A DNA stretch of 64,000 nt. It comes from Minisyncoccota bacterium (GTDB taxonomy: Bacteria; Patescibacteriota; Minisyncoccia; Phycocordibacterales; UBA9973). The DNA is taken from the NCBI GenBank assembly GCA_041658325.1, contig JBBAAI010000003.1, forward strand, positions 2,201 to 66,200, read 5' to 3'. Within the stretch, counting starts at the first letter, position 1. Each line of letters opens with the position of its first letter. This document shows positions 18,527-28,707 of this stretch, in pieces. Under the pieces are notes generated by a model. That model made no database searches and was not told the DNA's origin. It saw only the letters and a list, made by a program, of their open reading frames with translations. The position numbers and the translations under genes were made by a program.

Positions 18527-19534
18527 ATGAAAATAATATTTTTTGAGGTTCCCAAGATGGAACAACCACTTCTCTTAAAGGCTTTTGAAAGTGAAGATGT
18601 ATTGTTTTTTGAAGAAAAATTAGATGAAAATAATGCTGAGAAGGCAAAAGACGCTGAAATTATTTCTATCTTTATTAATTCGGTGGTCAGTAAAAATATT
18701 ATTAATTTATTACCAAATTTAAAATTTGTTACTACTCGTTCTACAGGATTTGAACATATTGATTTAGAATATTGTGCGACAAAAGAAATAAAGGTTTCTA
18801 ACGTTCCATCTTATGGTTCTCACACTGTGGCTGAATTCGCTTTTTCTTTAATTCTCAATCTTTCTCGAAATATTATTAATGCTAATAATCATTTACGGGA
18901 CTCAATGGATTTCAATTTTTACTCTTCTCTACAAGGTTTTGATTTACAAGGGAAAACTCTCGGCGTTATCGGTACTGGCCGAATTGGTAAAAATGTAATA
19001 AAAATTGCCCGAAGTTTTGAAATGAATGTTTTAGCTTATGATTTATTTCCTGATATAAATTTTGCAAAAGAAAATAATTTTACATATAAAAGTTTGCTAG
19101 AAGTTCTGGAAGTATCTGACATTGTTACCATTCATACTCCATACACTAAAGAAAACTATCATTTAATAAACAAAGAAAATATTTCTAAAATGAAAAAAGG
19201 AATATTTATCATAAATACAGCACGAGGAGCTTTAATCGATACCGAAGCGTTAATCTGGGGGATCAATGAAGGGATTATCGCTGGGGCTGGTTTGGATGTT
19301 TTAGAAGGGGAAAGAGATTTTAAAATTAAAAATGAAATTATTGGCTCAAAAAGTTCTGAGCAAATAGATTACAAAACAATCGTTGAAAATCAGATTTTAA
19401 TCGATATGCCACAGATAATTGTTACTCCTCACATTGCTTTTTACTCTAAAGAAGCTGAAACAGAAATAATAAAAACAACAGTAGAAAATATAAAAGGATT
19501 TATTTCAGGGAATGCACAAAATTTAGTTAAATAA
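18527..19534 (+). CDS. D-isomer specific 2-hydroxyacid dehydrogenase (D-lactate/hydroxypyruvate reductase-like)
   Basis: RSTGFEHID, GVIGTGRIG, INTARG, LDVLEGE, TPHIAFYS. Confidence 0.92.
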   Translation: MKIIFFEVPKMEQPLLLKAFESEDVLFFEEKLDENNAEKAKDAEIISIFINSVVSKNIINLLPNLKFVTTRSTGFEHIDLEYCATKEIKVSNVPSYGSHTVAEFAFSLILNLSRNIINANNHLRDSMDFNFYSSLQGFDLQGKTLGVIGTGRIGKNVIKIARSFEMNVLAYDLFPDINFAKENNFTYKSLLEVLEVSDIVTIHTPYTKENYHLINKENISKMKKGIFIINTARGALIDTEALIWGINEGIIAGAGLDVLEGERDFKIKNEIIGSKSSEQIDYKTIVENQILIDMPQIIVTPHIAFYSKEAETEIIKTTVENIKGFISGNAQNLVK

Positions 19535-19535
19535 T

Positions 19536-20816
19536 ATGGGGAAAAACCGGATTAATAATTTTAATGAGTTAGCAACGACAGAAAATCGTAAATCGGCTTT
19601 AGCTATTATGGAATCTGGGCTAGAAGCTATTGATACAGAAAGTGTTATTTTTAATTCTATTTTACTTCAAGATAATGTTTTAAGCATTTCAGGAAAAAGT
19701 TTTGATTTAGCGAATTTTAAAAAAATAAAAGTAGTCGGTTTTGGTAAAGGTTCTTCTTTGGCAGCTCTGGCTCTGGAGAAAATCTTAGGTTCTAAAATTG
19801 AAAAGGGTGCGGTTATTGGCCTCCATAAGGTTGATAGCAAATATATTGAAACCTTTGTCGGTACTCACCCAAGACCAAGCGAAATAAATCTTGAAGCTGG
19901 AGAAAAAATATATGAAATAGTTAAAGGTTCTAGTGAAGAAGACTTGATCATTGTTCTTGTTTCCGGTGGTGGTTCGGCCTTATTGTGTAATTCGGAAGAC
20001 GAGTGTGAGCAGGGAATAAGATTATATGATGCATTTTTAAAATCTGGGAAAACAATAACGGAAATTAACACAATCAGAAAACATTTATCTATTTTAAAAG
20101 GTGGAGGCTTGGCAAAAATTGCTTATCCAGCTACAGTCATCGGACTTATCTTTTCTGATATTCCAGGGGGTAATTTTGAAAATGTCGCTTCTGGTCCAAC
20201 CTATAAAGATAAAACCACCGTAGCTGATGCAGAAAAAATTATTACAGAAAATAATCTAGGAGAATTTAATTTAGTAGAAACACCGAAAGAAGAAAAATAT
20301 TTTGAAAAAGTTCATAATTTTATACTTGTTTCAAATGAAATTGCCATAGAAGCTATGGTAAAAAAGGCGCGAGAGCTTAATTTTGAAGTAAATGTTATTT
20401 CTACTGATTTATATGCTGAAGTAGGTGATGTAACTAAAAAAATATTTTCTGAGAAAAAAAACAACGCAGTTGTTTTGGCTGCTGGTGAGCCTCGTCTTGT
20501 AATTCTTAAAAAAGGGGGGAAAGGTGGAAGAAATCTTCATATGGGGCTAACGGCGATTAATAATAAAATGATTGATGCAGATTCTGTTTTTATATCTTTT
20601 GCTTCTGACGGGATGGACAATAGTGATGTCGCAGGAGCGATAGTGGATAAAAATACAACAGAAAAGGCGGAAAAATTGGGTTTAAGCGCTGATGATTATT
20701 TGGATAATTTCGATTCCTATTCTTTTTTCCAAAAAACCGGTGATATGATTATCACTGGCCCCACTGGCGCGAATGTTTCGGACCTAATGATTCTCTTAAC
20801 AAAAAACAATGAGTAA
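19536..20816 (+). CDS. Glycerate 2-kinase (MOFRL/DUF4147 family)
   Basis: GFGKG, LVSGGGSALL, IRKHLSILKGGGLA, ASGPT, GKGGRN, SDGMD, TGPTGANVSDL. Confidence 0.9.
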   Translation: MGKNRINNFNELATTENRKSALAIMESGLEAIDTESVIFNSILLQDNVLSISGKSFDLANFKKIKVVGFGKGSSLAALALEKILGSKIEKGAVIGLHKVDSKYIETFVGTHPRPSEINLEAGEKIYEIVKGSSEEDLIIVLVSGGGSALLCNSEDECEQGIRLYDAFLKSGKTITEINTIRKHLSILKGGGLAKIAYPATVIGLIFSDIPGGNFENVASGPTYKDKTTVADAEKIITENNLGEFNLVETPKEEKYFEKVHNFILVSNEIAIEAMVKKARELNFEVNVISTDLYAEVGDVTKKIFSEKKNNAVVLAAGEPRLVILKKGGKGGRNLHMGLTAINNKMIDADSVFISFASDGMDNSDVAGAIVDKNTTEKAEKLGLSADDYLDNFDSYSFFQKTGDMIITGPTGANVSDLMILLTKNNE

Positions 20817-22032
20817 AATTACAAAAATTATAGCAGAAGAAATAAAAGATTCACGTGGAAATCCGACCGTTAAAGTAACAGCATGGGTCGAAGATATTTC
20901 AGATAGTTTTTCTGTTCCCTCTGGGGCTTCTACTGGACTTCATGAAGCGCATGAGTTAAGAGATGAAGATGGGAAGGGGGTAAAAAATGCCATAAATAAA
21001 ATAAACAATGTAATCGCGGGAGCTTTAATCGGCCAAGATATTTTAGATCAAAAAGAAATAGATAGAATTATGGTTGAATTAGATGGTACCCAGAACAAAG
21101 ATAATCTTGGGGGTAATTCTATGATTGGTGTTAGTATTGCTTGCGCAAAAGTCGCAGCTAAGATTTCTGGAAAAGAAATTTTCGAATATTTACAAACACT
21201 TGTTGAAATAAAACCATCTCGTCAAGTGCCATATCTTTATATGAATTTAATTAATGGTGGCAAGCACGCACAAAATAATTTAGCTTTTCAGGAATATCAT
21301 ATTATTCCTAAAGTGGAGGAAGTAGAAGAAGCAATTGAGATAGGAATAACGATACAAAATACTCTTAAAGAGATAATCTTAAAAGATTTAGGAGAAGAAT
21401 CAGTGATTTTCGGTGACGAAGGAGGTTTCGCTCCGAAAATAAGTGACATTAAGCAACCTCTTTTTTATCTTCGAGCAGCCATAAAACAAAATGATTTGGA
21501 AGGCAAGGTGCGACTTGCTCTCGATGTTGCTAGTTCTTCGTTTTATCACAATGGAATGTATAAAATTGAGGGGAAAGATGTCTCTAAAGAGGAACTTTTA
21601 AATATTTACGATTCTTTGATTAAAGAATTTAATTTACTGTCTATTGAAGATCCGTTCGATGAAGAAGATTTTGATAGTTTTAGAAAATTGAAAGAAAATA
21701 ACAGTGAGCTAAAAATAGTTGGTGATGATTTAACCGTAACCAATAAAATTCTTGTTGCTGAAGCGATAGAAAAAAATAGTATAAATGCGATGATTATTAA
21801 ACCGAACCAAATCGGTACTCTTACAGAAACCCTAGAGACTATGAAATTAGCAAGAGAAAATGACATAGAACTTATCGTGAGCCACAGAAGCGGAGAAACA
21901 GATGATGATTTTATTGCTGATCTTGCTTTTGCTTTTAATTGTTTTGGTTTAAAAGCGGGGGCTCCCACAAAACCAGAAAGAATGGTAAAGTATAGAAGGT
22001 TAGTCAAAATTACTAATTTATTATTAAAGTAA
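20809..22032 (+). CDS. eno: Enolase
   Basis: DSRGNPTV, PSGASTG, GDEGGFAP, KPNQIGTLTE, SHRSGET. Confidence 0.97.
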   Translation: MSKITKIIAEEIKDSRGNPTVKVTAWVEDISDSFSVPSGASTGLHEAHELRDEDGKGVKNAINKINNVIAGALIGQDILDQKEIDRIMVELDGTQNKDNLGGNSMIGVSIACAKVAAKISGKEIFEYLQTLVEIKPSRQVPYLYMNLINGGKHAQNNLAFQEYHIIPKVEEVEEAIEIGITIQNTLKEIILKDLGEESVIFGDEGGFAPKISDIKQPLFYLRAAIKQNDLEGKVRLALDVASSSFYHNGMYKIEGKDVSKEELLNIYDSLIKEFNLLSIEDPFDEEDFDSFRKLKENNSELKIVGDDLTVTNKILVAEAIEKNSINAMIIKPNQIGTLTETLETMKLARENDIELIVSHRSGETDDDFIADLAFAFNCFGLKAGAPTKPERMVKYRRLVKITNLLLK

Positions 22033-22043
22033 AAGAATTATTT

Positions 22044-24464
22044 ATGTCAGAGGAAAAAAAATTTGTTAAGTGGTTTAGTGAAGTTGGAATTGATGATGTT
22101 CCGGTGGTTGGTGGTAAAAACGCTGCCTTAGGAGAAATGTATTCCAATCTTGTTCCACTTGGCGTAAATGTGCCGGATGGTTTTGCTCTTACTGCAGATG
22201 CTTATCGACATTTTTTTAGGGAAACGGGGCTGGATGAAAAAATAAAACAAATTCTTTCTGATTTAAATACAAAAGATATTCGCAATCTGCAAGTTCGGGG
22301 CAAAAAAGTTCGCGAAGCGATTCTAAAAGAGATTTTGCCCCAAGACTTACAAGATATGATTACAAAATCATATAGAGAATTGGGAGAAAAATATGGGGAA
22401 AATAGTGACGTAGCAGTTCGATCTTCGGCTACCGCAGAAGATCTTCCCGGAGCTTCATTTGCCGGCCAGCAGGAGACATATCTCAATGTGCATGGCATAG
22501 AAAACATACTTGTCGCGACAAAAAAATGCATTGCCTCTCTTTTTACCGATCGGGCTATTTCTTATCGCGCAGATAAAGGATTCTCGCATTTTGATGCGGC
22601 TCTTTCTGTCGGTATTCAACGTATGGTGCGTTCTGATCTTTCTTCCTCTGGTGTTGCTTTTACCATAGATACAGAAACTGGTTTTGATAAAGTAATTGTG
22701 GTGACTGGTATATATGGTTTAGGCGAATTCATCGTGCAGGGGAAAGTTATTCCGGATGAATTTATTATCTTTAAGCCAAATCTAGATGCCAATAAAAAAA
22801 ATCCTATTATTGGTAAAAAAATCGGTAAGAAAAATATTAAACTAGTTTATGCGAAGGATGGTACGAAGCAAGAAAAAGTATCGCCACGAGATCAACAAAA
22901 ATATTCTCTTACGGACGAAGAAGTGGTAAAGATGGGAAAGTGGTGTTATCAAATAGAAAAATATTTTTCCAAGAAACATAATCGTTATCAGCCAATGGAT
23001 ATTGAATGGGCGAAGGATGGGAAAACTGGAGAGCTTTTCATCGTACAAGCTCGTCCTGAAACAGTTGTCTCTGGAAAAGATAAAAATATTTTAAGCGAAT
23101 ATAAATTACAAAAAACAAGCAAGGTTTTGATAAAAGGTATTGCCGTTGGGTCAAAAATCGGCGCTGGGAAAGTTCGAGTACTTCGAAGTGCAAAAAATAT
23201 AAATGTATTTGAAAAAGGAGAGGTGTTGGTAACGGAAATCACTGATCCAGATTGGGAACCAATTATGAAAATAGCTAGCGCCATAGTGACGGACAAAGGG
23301 GGACGCACTTCGCATGCGGCTATCGTTTCTCGCGAGCTCGGTATTCCTTGTATCGTTGGTTCAGATAATGCCACAAAAGTGCTTAAAAATGGTCAGGGCG
23401 TGACTGTAGACGCCTCAGGAGGGCAGGTGGGTAACGTATACGAAGGAATTCTTCCTTTTGAAGTAAAAGAACACCATTTAGACAAGTTGCCCAAGGTGGC
23501 TACAAAAATTATGGTCAATATCGGTTCACCGGATGATGCATTTAAAAATTACAATCTTCCGGCAGAGGGAGTAGGGCTAGGAAGACTAGAATTTATTATT
23601 GCCTCTTATATTCGTCTGCATCCGAATGCATTGATTGATTATGATAAACTTAAAAAAGGGAAAAAGACCCCCGCTGTAACAAAATTATTAAAAGAAATTG
23701 ATAATTTAACTTATGAATACAAAGATAAAACACAATTCTATGTAGACGAGCTTGCTTTAGGTATAGCGAAAATCGGTGCCGCTTTTTATCCCAATAAAGT
23801 GATTATTCGTTTCTCTGACTTTAAGACGAATGAGTATCGTACCTTGATTGGTGGAGATATGTATGAACCGCATGAAGAGAATCCGATGTTAGGCTGGCGC
23901 GGAGCTTCACGATATTATGATCCGAAATTCAAAACAGCTTTTGGTCTCGAATGTAAAGCGATGAAAATCGTGCGGGAAGACATGGGACTTTCGAACGTAA
24001 TTCCGATGATTCCATTTTGCCGAACACCAGAAGAGGGGAAACAAGTTATCGCTGTAATGAAAGAATATGGCCTAGACAGAGAAACAGATAAAGAATTAAA
24101 AATTTATGTAATGTGCGAGATTCCATCAAATATTTTACTCGCTGATGAATTTTTGGAAATTTTTGACGGTATGTCTATCGGTTCTAACGACCTGACTCAG
24201 CTTACTTTAGGTCTTGATAGAGACTCTGGTATTGTCACTCATATTGCGAACGAAAATAATCCATCCGTAAAAAAACTAGTTGCGCAAATTATTCAAAAGT
24301 GTAAAGAAAAAAATAAATATATCGGCATTTGCGGTCAAGCACCATCTGACTATCCTGAATTCGCGCAATTCCTTGTAGATGAAGGGATAGAAAGTATGTC
24401 GCTTAATCCTGATACTATTATCAAGATTATAATGGCACTTGGTTCTAAGGCAGAAAAGAGTTAG
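22044..24464 (+). CDS. ppsA: Phosphoenolpyruvate synthase (pyruvate, water dikinase)
   Basis: VGGKNA, RSSATAEDLPGASFAGQQ, GGRTSHAAIVSRELG, EENPMLGWRGASRY, SIGSNDLTQ. Confidence 0.97.
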   Translation: MSEEKKFVKWFSEVGIDDVPVVGGKNAALGEMYSNLVPLGVNVPDGFALTADAYRHFFRETGLDEKIKQILSDLNTKDIRNLQVRGKKVREAILKEILPQDLQDMITKSYRELGEKYGENSDVAVRSSATAEDLPGASFAGQQETYLNVHGIENILVATKKCIASLFTDRAISYRADKGFSHFDAALSVGIQRMVRSDLSSSGVAFTIDTETGFDKVIVVTGIYGLGEFIVQGKVIPDEFIIFKPNLDANKKNPIIGKKIGKKNIKLVYAKDGTKQEKVSPRDQQKYSLTDEEVVKMGKWCYQIEKYFSKKHNRYQPMDIEWAKDGKTGELFIVQARPETVVSGKDKNILSEYKLQKTSKVLIKGIAVGSKIGAGKVRVLRSAKNINVFEKGEVLVTEITDPDWEPIMKIASAIVTDKGGRTSHAAIVSRELGIPCIVGSDNATKVLKNGQGVTVDASGGQVGNVYEGILPFEVKEHHLDKLPKVATKIMVNIGSPDDAFKNYNLPAEGVGLGRLEFIIASYIRLHPNALIDYDKLKKGKKTPAVTKLLKEIDNLTYEYKDKTQFYVDELALGIAKIGAAFYPNKVIIRFSDFKTNEYRTLIGGDMYEPHEENPMLGWRGASRYYDPKFKTAFGLECKAMKIVREDMGLSNVIPMIPFCRTPEEGKQVIAVMKEYGLDRETDKELKIYVMCEIPSNILLADEFLEIFDGMSIGSNDLTQLTLGLDRDSGIVTHIANENNPSVKKLVAQIIQKCKEKNKYIGICGQAPSDYPEFAQFLVDEGIESMSLNPDTIIKIIMALGSKAEKS

Positions 24465-24477
24465 AATATCATCTGCC

Positions 24478-24548
24478 GCGGTCGTAGTTTAGTGGTAGAA
24501 CTGGTGCTTCCCAAGCATCGGGCGCGAGTTCGATTCTCGCCGGCCGCA
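24478..24548 (+). tRNA. tRNA-Gly(CCC)
   Basis: Acceptor GCGGTCG/CGGCCGC, anticodon loop TTCCCAA, T loop TTCGATT; CCA not encoded. Confidence 0.95.
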
Positions 24549-24610
24549 CAAAGTCCCCACTTGACAAGCATGCTATAATGAAGATATTAAAAGTTAAACG
24601 ATAAAATATT

Positions 24611-24844
24611 ATGAAAAACGTAACAATTTATTCAACCCCGACCTGTCACTTTTGTCACATGGCAAAAGATTTTTTTACTGCCAACAGTATTGTTTATACA
24701 GAATATGACGTGGCAAGTGATCTTGATAAAAGAAAAGAAATGATAGAAAAAAGCGGCCAAATGGGTGTGCCGGTAATAGTAATTGATGGCGAAATCACTG
24801 TCGGTTTTGATAAACCAAGAATCGTTGGTTTACTAGCACTTTAA
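24611..24844 (+). CDS. Glutaredoxin-like (NrdH/YruB family) protein
   Basis: YSTPTCHFC, GQMGVPVI, VGFD; TTGACA..TATAAT-like promoter upstream. Confidence 0.93.
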   Translation: MKNVTIYSTPTCHFCHMAKDFFTANSIVYTEYDVASDLDKRKEMIEKSGQMGVPVIVIDGEITVGFDKPRIVGLLAL

Positions 24845-24848
24845 TTTG

Positions 24849-24920
24849 TGCCCTCACTCCGAATCGAACGGGGATCTATTCCTTAGGACGGAACTGTTCT
24901 ATCCATTGAACTATGAGGGC
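24849..24920 (-). tRNA. tRNA-Arg(CCT)
   Basis: GCCCTCA acceptor, anticodon arm GTTCC-GTCCTAA-GGAAT, T loop TTCGATT. Confidence 0.92.
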
Positions 24921-24994
24921 TATCCCTACAATCTAACACATAAAAAGCTTATTTGGAATTGGTTTTTTTATTTATTTATGCTAAATTATATATA

Positions 24995-25252
24995 ATGCAA
25001 CCAGAGGAAAAAAAGTTATTAGAACAAACTTACGAGCTTGTCGAAGAGAACAATCGCATGTTGCATTCTATAAAGCGTACCATGTTTATGGCACGTATTA
25101 TGAGTGTTTTGTATTGGGTGTTGATTATAGGTGTTTCTGTCGGGGCATTTTATTTTATTCAGCCATATCTGGATCAATTGATGGATACATATAGTGGTGC
25201 GAAAAGTAATCTCGACAACCTTGGTTCTTTGTTGAAAAAATTGCCAAATTAA
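24995..25252 (+). CDS. Hypothetical membrane protein
   Basis: MQPEEKKLLE...EENNRML, central TM; ATG at 24995 preferred. Confidence 0.75.
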   Translation: MQPEEKKLLEQTYELVEENNRMLHSIKRTMFMARIMSVLYWVLIIGVSVGAFYFIQPYLDQLMDTYSGAKSNLDNLGSLLKKLPN

Positions 25253-25256
25253 AACT

Positions 25257-25328
25257 GCCTGGGTAGCTCAGTAGTAGAGCGTTCCCCTGAAGAGGGACAG
25301 GTCGGGTGTGCGATCCACCCCCCAGGCA
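25257..25328 (+). tRNA. tRNA-Phe(GAA)
   Basis: GCCTGGG/CCCAGGC acceptor, loop CTGAAGA; atypical D loop AGTAGTA and T loop TGCGATC. Confidence 0.9.
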
Positions 25329-25335
25329 CAGAATG

Positions 25336-25815
25336 TTAGATTGATTTTATTTTTACGTTGTTTTTCTTTTCTTTATCCACCTTTTTGATTTTTATAGTAA
25401 GAAGGCCATGTCTTTCGGTGGCTTCAACTTGTTCTGGTTCTACTTCTGCGGGAAGTGACAAGGTGCGAGAAAATTTTCCCCAATAAAGTTCTTTAGTAAA
25501 ATAATTATCTTCATCAATGGTTCTAGATTCTTCACGTTTACCACGAATAGTGATCATGTCTCGAGAAATTGATAGTTCTAAATCCTCTGGTCTAACTCCG
25601 GCTACCATTGTTTGGACTATGATGTCAGTTGGTGTTTGAAAAACGTCAATTGATAATTCCGCCTCATCATTTTCTTCTTCTATCCAGCTGTTACCATTTT
25701 TTTTATCCCCCTTATTTCCTTTTGTTGAATAATCTTTTTTAGTTTCTTCACGATCATCGTCTATACTCATACTACCAGTTAATCTTTCAAAAAAACTTCT
25801 TTTTTTATTTTCCAT
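25336..25815 (-). CDS. Hsp20/alpha-crystallin family small heat-shock protein
   Basis: ELSIDVFQT, VAGVRPEDL, ELYWGKFSRTLSLP, GLLTIKI. Confidence 0.92.
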   Translation of the reverse strand: MENKKRSFFERLTGSMSIDDDREETKKDYSTKGNKGDKKNGNSWIEEENDEAELSIDVFQTPTDIIVQTMVAGVRPEDLELSISRDMITIRGKREESRTIDEDNYFTKELYWGKFSRTLSLPAEVEPEQVEATERHGLLTIKIKKVDKEKKNNVKIKSI

Positions 25816-25820
25816 AAATT

Positions 25821-25841
25821 TCCCCGTCACGACGAGGCAAG
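25821..25841. repeat. Short GC-rich hairpin repeat, copy 1 (intergenic)
   Basis: TCCCCGTCACGACGAGGCAAG resembles copies at 55779 and 58401. Confidence 0.5.
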
Positions 25842-25856
25842 TTAGTTAATTAATAA

Positions 25857-26549
25857 TTATTCACTCATTCTTCTTACTTTTTCAAAAAGTAACATAACGA
25901 CTACAGTAACGACCCATAAAAATGCAAATACTTTCAAGAAATCATTTCCATCATTTCTTATTATAAAAAAATTAAAGGTACTATGCAAGGCTATGGCAGC
26001 CAGGAAACCGATAAATAGATACCACCCTTTTCTAAAACTTCCTAAATAGAAAGAAATTCCAAGCGCAATACCTAGAATTCCTGAAGAGACAGTATGAAGA
26101 AGAGTAGATCCTAAAAAGCGAAGTTGCCCAGTAAGTAAACCCACAATTGCTTGATTTATTGAAAATGGTTTGATTAAAAACAAAATATTTTCAAGTGCGG
26201 CGAAACCCAAAGCTGCCGTGATGAGATAGATCGGCCAGTCTATAGGTTTATTAATATAATTTGTTTTATAAAGAATAAGTAAGACAGCAAGATATTTTAT
26301 TATTTCTTCTGCGCTGGCCCACATAATGAGCTCCATCTCTTGTGAACTTATATGAGATTGTATAAATTTTTGAATTGGTAAAACTACTATGACTGCTACC
26401 ATCCCCATAATAAAAACAATAGCAAGCAACCCTTTGGGTTCAGGGTTTTCTTCTTCTTTCATCCAAAACCATAACCACAAAAAAGAGGGGATAATTCCTC
26501 CCAGAAACGCTAAGGCTAAAATTTTCGGGTTGCTTAGTAAGAGGGCCAT
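25857..26549 (-). CDS. PrsW family intramembrane protease
   Basis: EEIIK, GFAALEN, LLH and LHSTFN motifs; multiple TMs. Confidence 0.9.
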   Translation of the reverse strand: MALLLSNPKILALAFLGGIIPSFLWLWFWMKEEENPEPKGLLAIVFIMGMVAVIVVLPIQKFIQSHISSQEMELIMWASAEEIIKYLAVLLILYKTNYINKPIDWPIYLITAALGFAALENILFLIKPFSINQAIVGLLTGQLRFLGSTLLHTVSSGILGIALGISFYLGSFRKGWYLFIGFLAAIALHSTFNFFIIRNDGNDFLKVFAFLWVVTVVVMLLFEKVRRMSE

Positions 26550-28669
26550 TTTTCAACCATCAATAGATTTTTATTTTCTTTTTGTAATATCGACCAGATT
26601 TCTTCTGTGACAAATGGAATAAATGGATGAAGAGCTTTTAATAAAGTAGTCAAATGAGTGTAAAGAAGCGCCTTAGCTGAGTCGCCATTTTTATTTTCCA
26701 GTATTTTTCTTTTAGATCTTTCAATAATGATATCTGCAAAGGTGTGCCAAAAGTAATGATAAAGTTTTTCGGAAACAAGATGGAATTTATATTCATCCAT
26801 CTCTTTAGTTATTTCTTTTATAAATATTTTTAATTCTTCGTCTGATTTTTTATCTTCTTCGTCATAGCTCGGTGTTTCTGGAATATTAAAATCTTTTGTA
26901 TTTTCTAATACAAAACGAGTAGCATTCCAAATTTTATTAGCAAAATTTTTATATCCTTTAATTTTTTCTTCAGATATCTTTGAGTCCGTGCCTGGAGCTG
27001 TACCCACGATGAGAGCCATGCGTCCCGCATCAGCACCGAATTTTTCCGCTATCTCAAGCGGATCGATACCATTATTTAAAGATTTGGACATTTTTTGTCC
27101 CTTGGCGTCACGAACTGTTCCATGCAAAAATACATTTTTAAAAGGTATTTCGCCTAAGGCATATTCTGACATCAAAACCATTCTAGCGACCCAAAAGAAA
27201 AGTATTTCATATCCTGTTTCCAAAACATCGGTTGGATGAAAAGTCGTTAGGTCTTTTGTTTTTTCTGGCCAACCTAATGTTGAAAAAGTCCAGAGTCCAG
27301 AAGAAAACCAAGTATCTAATGTATCTTCATCTTCCCTCCATCCACTGCCTGGATTTTCTCCAACAACTATTTCTTCTCCTTTATACCAAACTGGTATTCT
27401 ATGTCCATACCAGATTTGCCTAGAAATACACCAATCACGAAGATTTTCTATCCAATGAAAATATGTTTTAGAAAAATATTCAGGTATTATTTTTATTTCA
27501 TCTTTTTCAAAAGGTTCACGCATTAAATCTTTAAGAGATTTATTATTCCTTTCTTTTATTGGTTTATTTACGTCTATAAACCATTGTAATTTAGGTAGTG
27601 GTTCTATGATTCCACCTGTTCGTTCAGCCGTAGCAATATTTTGTTTTATTTCTTCTTCTTTTTCTAAAAGGTCTTGAGAGCGTAACCATTCTACGATCAC
27701 TTCTCTCGCCTCCGTTGTTTTTTTGCCTAGTAATTTTTCTCCACCAACAGACATTTTTGCGTATTCGTTTATAACTTGAGGGCGAAGTAAGTCGTGTCTT
27801 TCTGCCATTTCCCAATCAATCATAGAATGGGCAGGGGTAACACCAAGCGCACCTGTGCCGAATTCTGGATCAACTTCTTTATCGGCTATTATTTTGATAT
27901 GAATTGGTATTTCACAGAATTCTAAATCATACTCTTTTCCGACAAATTCTGTGTATCTTTTATCATCTGGATGCACTGCCACTGCCACGTCACCAACTTT
28001 TGTTTCTGGTCTACTGGTTGATATAAAAATGGGGAAGTCCTTGCTGTATTTAAAAGTATAAAGTTTTGCGTTACGTTCTTCGTAAACGATTTCATCGTCT
28101 GAAATCGTAGTTTGCCCTTTTGGATCCCAATTAACAATTCTATTCCCACGGTAAATTAATCCATCGTCATACATTTTTTTAAATATTGTATTTACAGCGA
28201 GATTTCTTTTTTTATCTAGAGTAAAAGCTTCACGAGACCAATCGCATGATGCTCCCATTACTTTTATTTGGGAAATGATTGTATCATGGCTTTCCTTAGC
28301 AAATTCGTTTATTCGTTTTAATATTTCTTCTCGCCCTAAATCATAACGAGATTTTCCTTCTTTTTTCTGTATTTCTTTTTCTACCTTTGATTGAGTTGCT
28401 ATGGCAGCGTGGTCTGTGCCCGGAAGCCAAAGAGTCTTGAATCCCTGCATTCTTTTATAACGAATCATTATATCTTCAAGAGTAATCATTAATGCATGTC
28501 CCATGTGAAGTACTCCAGTAACATTCGGCGGGGGCATCATTATTGTAAACGTCTTTTCTCTTTTGTCAGGTAGATTATCTGGATTAAAAAAACCGCTTTC
28601 CTCCCAAAGCTTGTAAATTCTTTTTTCAGTTGTTTTAGGATCATAGGGTTTCAGTAATTTCTCATCCAT
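26534..28669 (-). CDS. valS: Valine--tRNA ligase (short form lacking C-terminal coiled coil)
   Basis: PPPNVTGVLHMGH, DWCISRQIWYGHRIP, DTWFSS, KMSKS; ends at EKWPSY. Confidence 0.97.
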   Translation of the reverse strand: MDEKLLKPYDPKTTEKRIYKLWEESGFFNPDNLPDKREKTFTIMMPPPNVTGVLHMGHALMITLEDIMIRYKRMQGFKTLWLPGTDHAAIATQSKVEKEIQKKEGKSRYDLGREEILKRINEFAKESHDTIISQIKVMGASCDWSREAFTLDKKRNLAVNTIFKKMYDDGLIYRGNRIVNWDPKGQTTISDDEIVYEERNAKLYTFKYSKDFPIFISTSRPETKVGDVAVAVHPDDKRYTEFVGKEYDLEFCEIPIHIKIIADKEVDPEFGTGALGVTPAHSMIDWEMAERHDLLRPQVINEYAKMSVGGEKLLGKKTTEAREVIVEWLRSQDLLEKEEEIKQNIATAERTGGIIEPLPKLQWFIDVNKPIKERNNKSLKDLMREPFEKDEIKIIPEYFSKTYFHWIENLRDWCISRQIWYGHRIPVWYKGEEIVVGENPGSGWREDEDTLDTWFSSGLWTFSTLGWPEKTKDLTTFHPTDVLETGYEILFFWVARMVLMSEYALGEIPFKNVFLHGTVRDAKGQKMSKSLNNGIDPLEIAEKFGADAGRMALIVGTAPGTDSKISEEKIKGYKNFANKIWNATRFVLENTKDFNIPETPSYDEEDKKSDEELKIFIKEITKEMDEYKFHLVSEKLYHYFWHTFADIIIERSKRKILENKNGDSAKALLYTHLTTLLKALHPFIPFVTEEIWSILQKENKNLLMVEKWPSY

Positions 28670-28707
28670 ACCTTAATAATATCACATTTATCCTGACTCG
28701 AGAAGGA

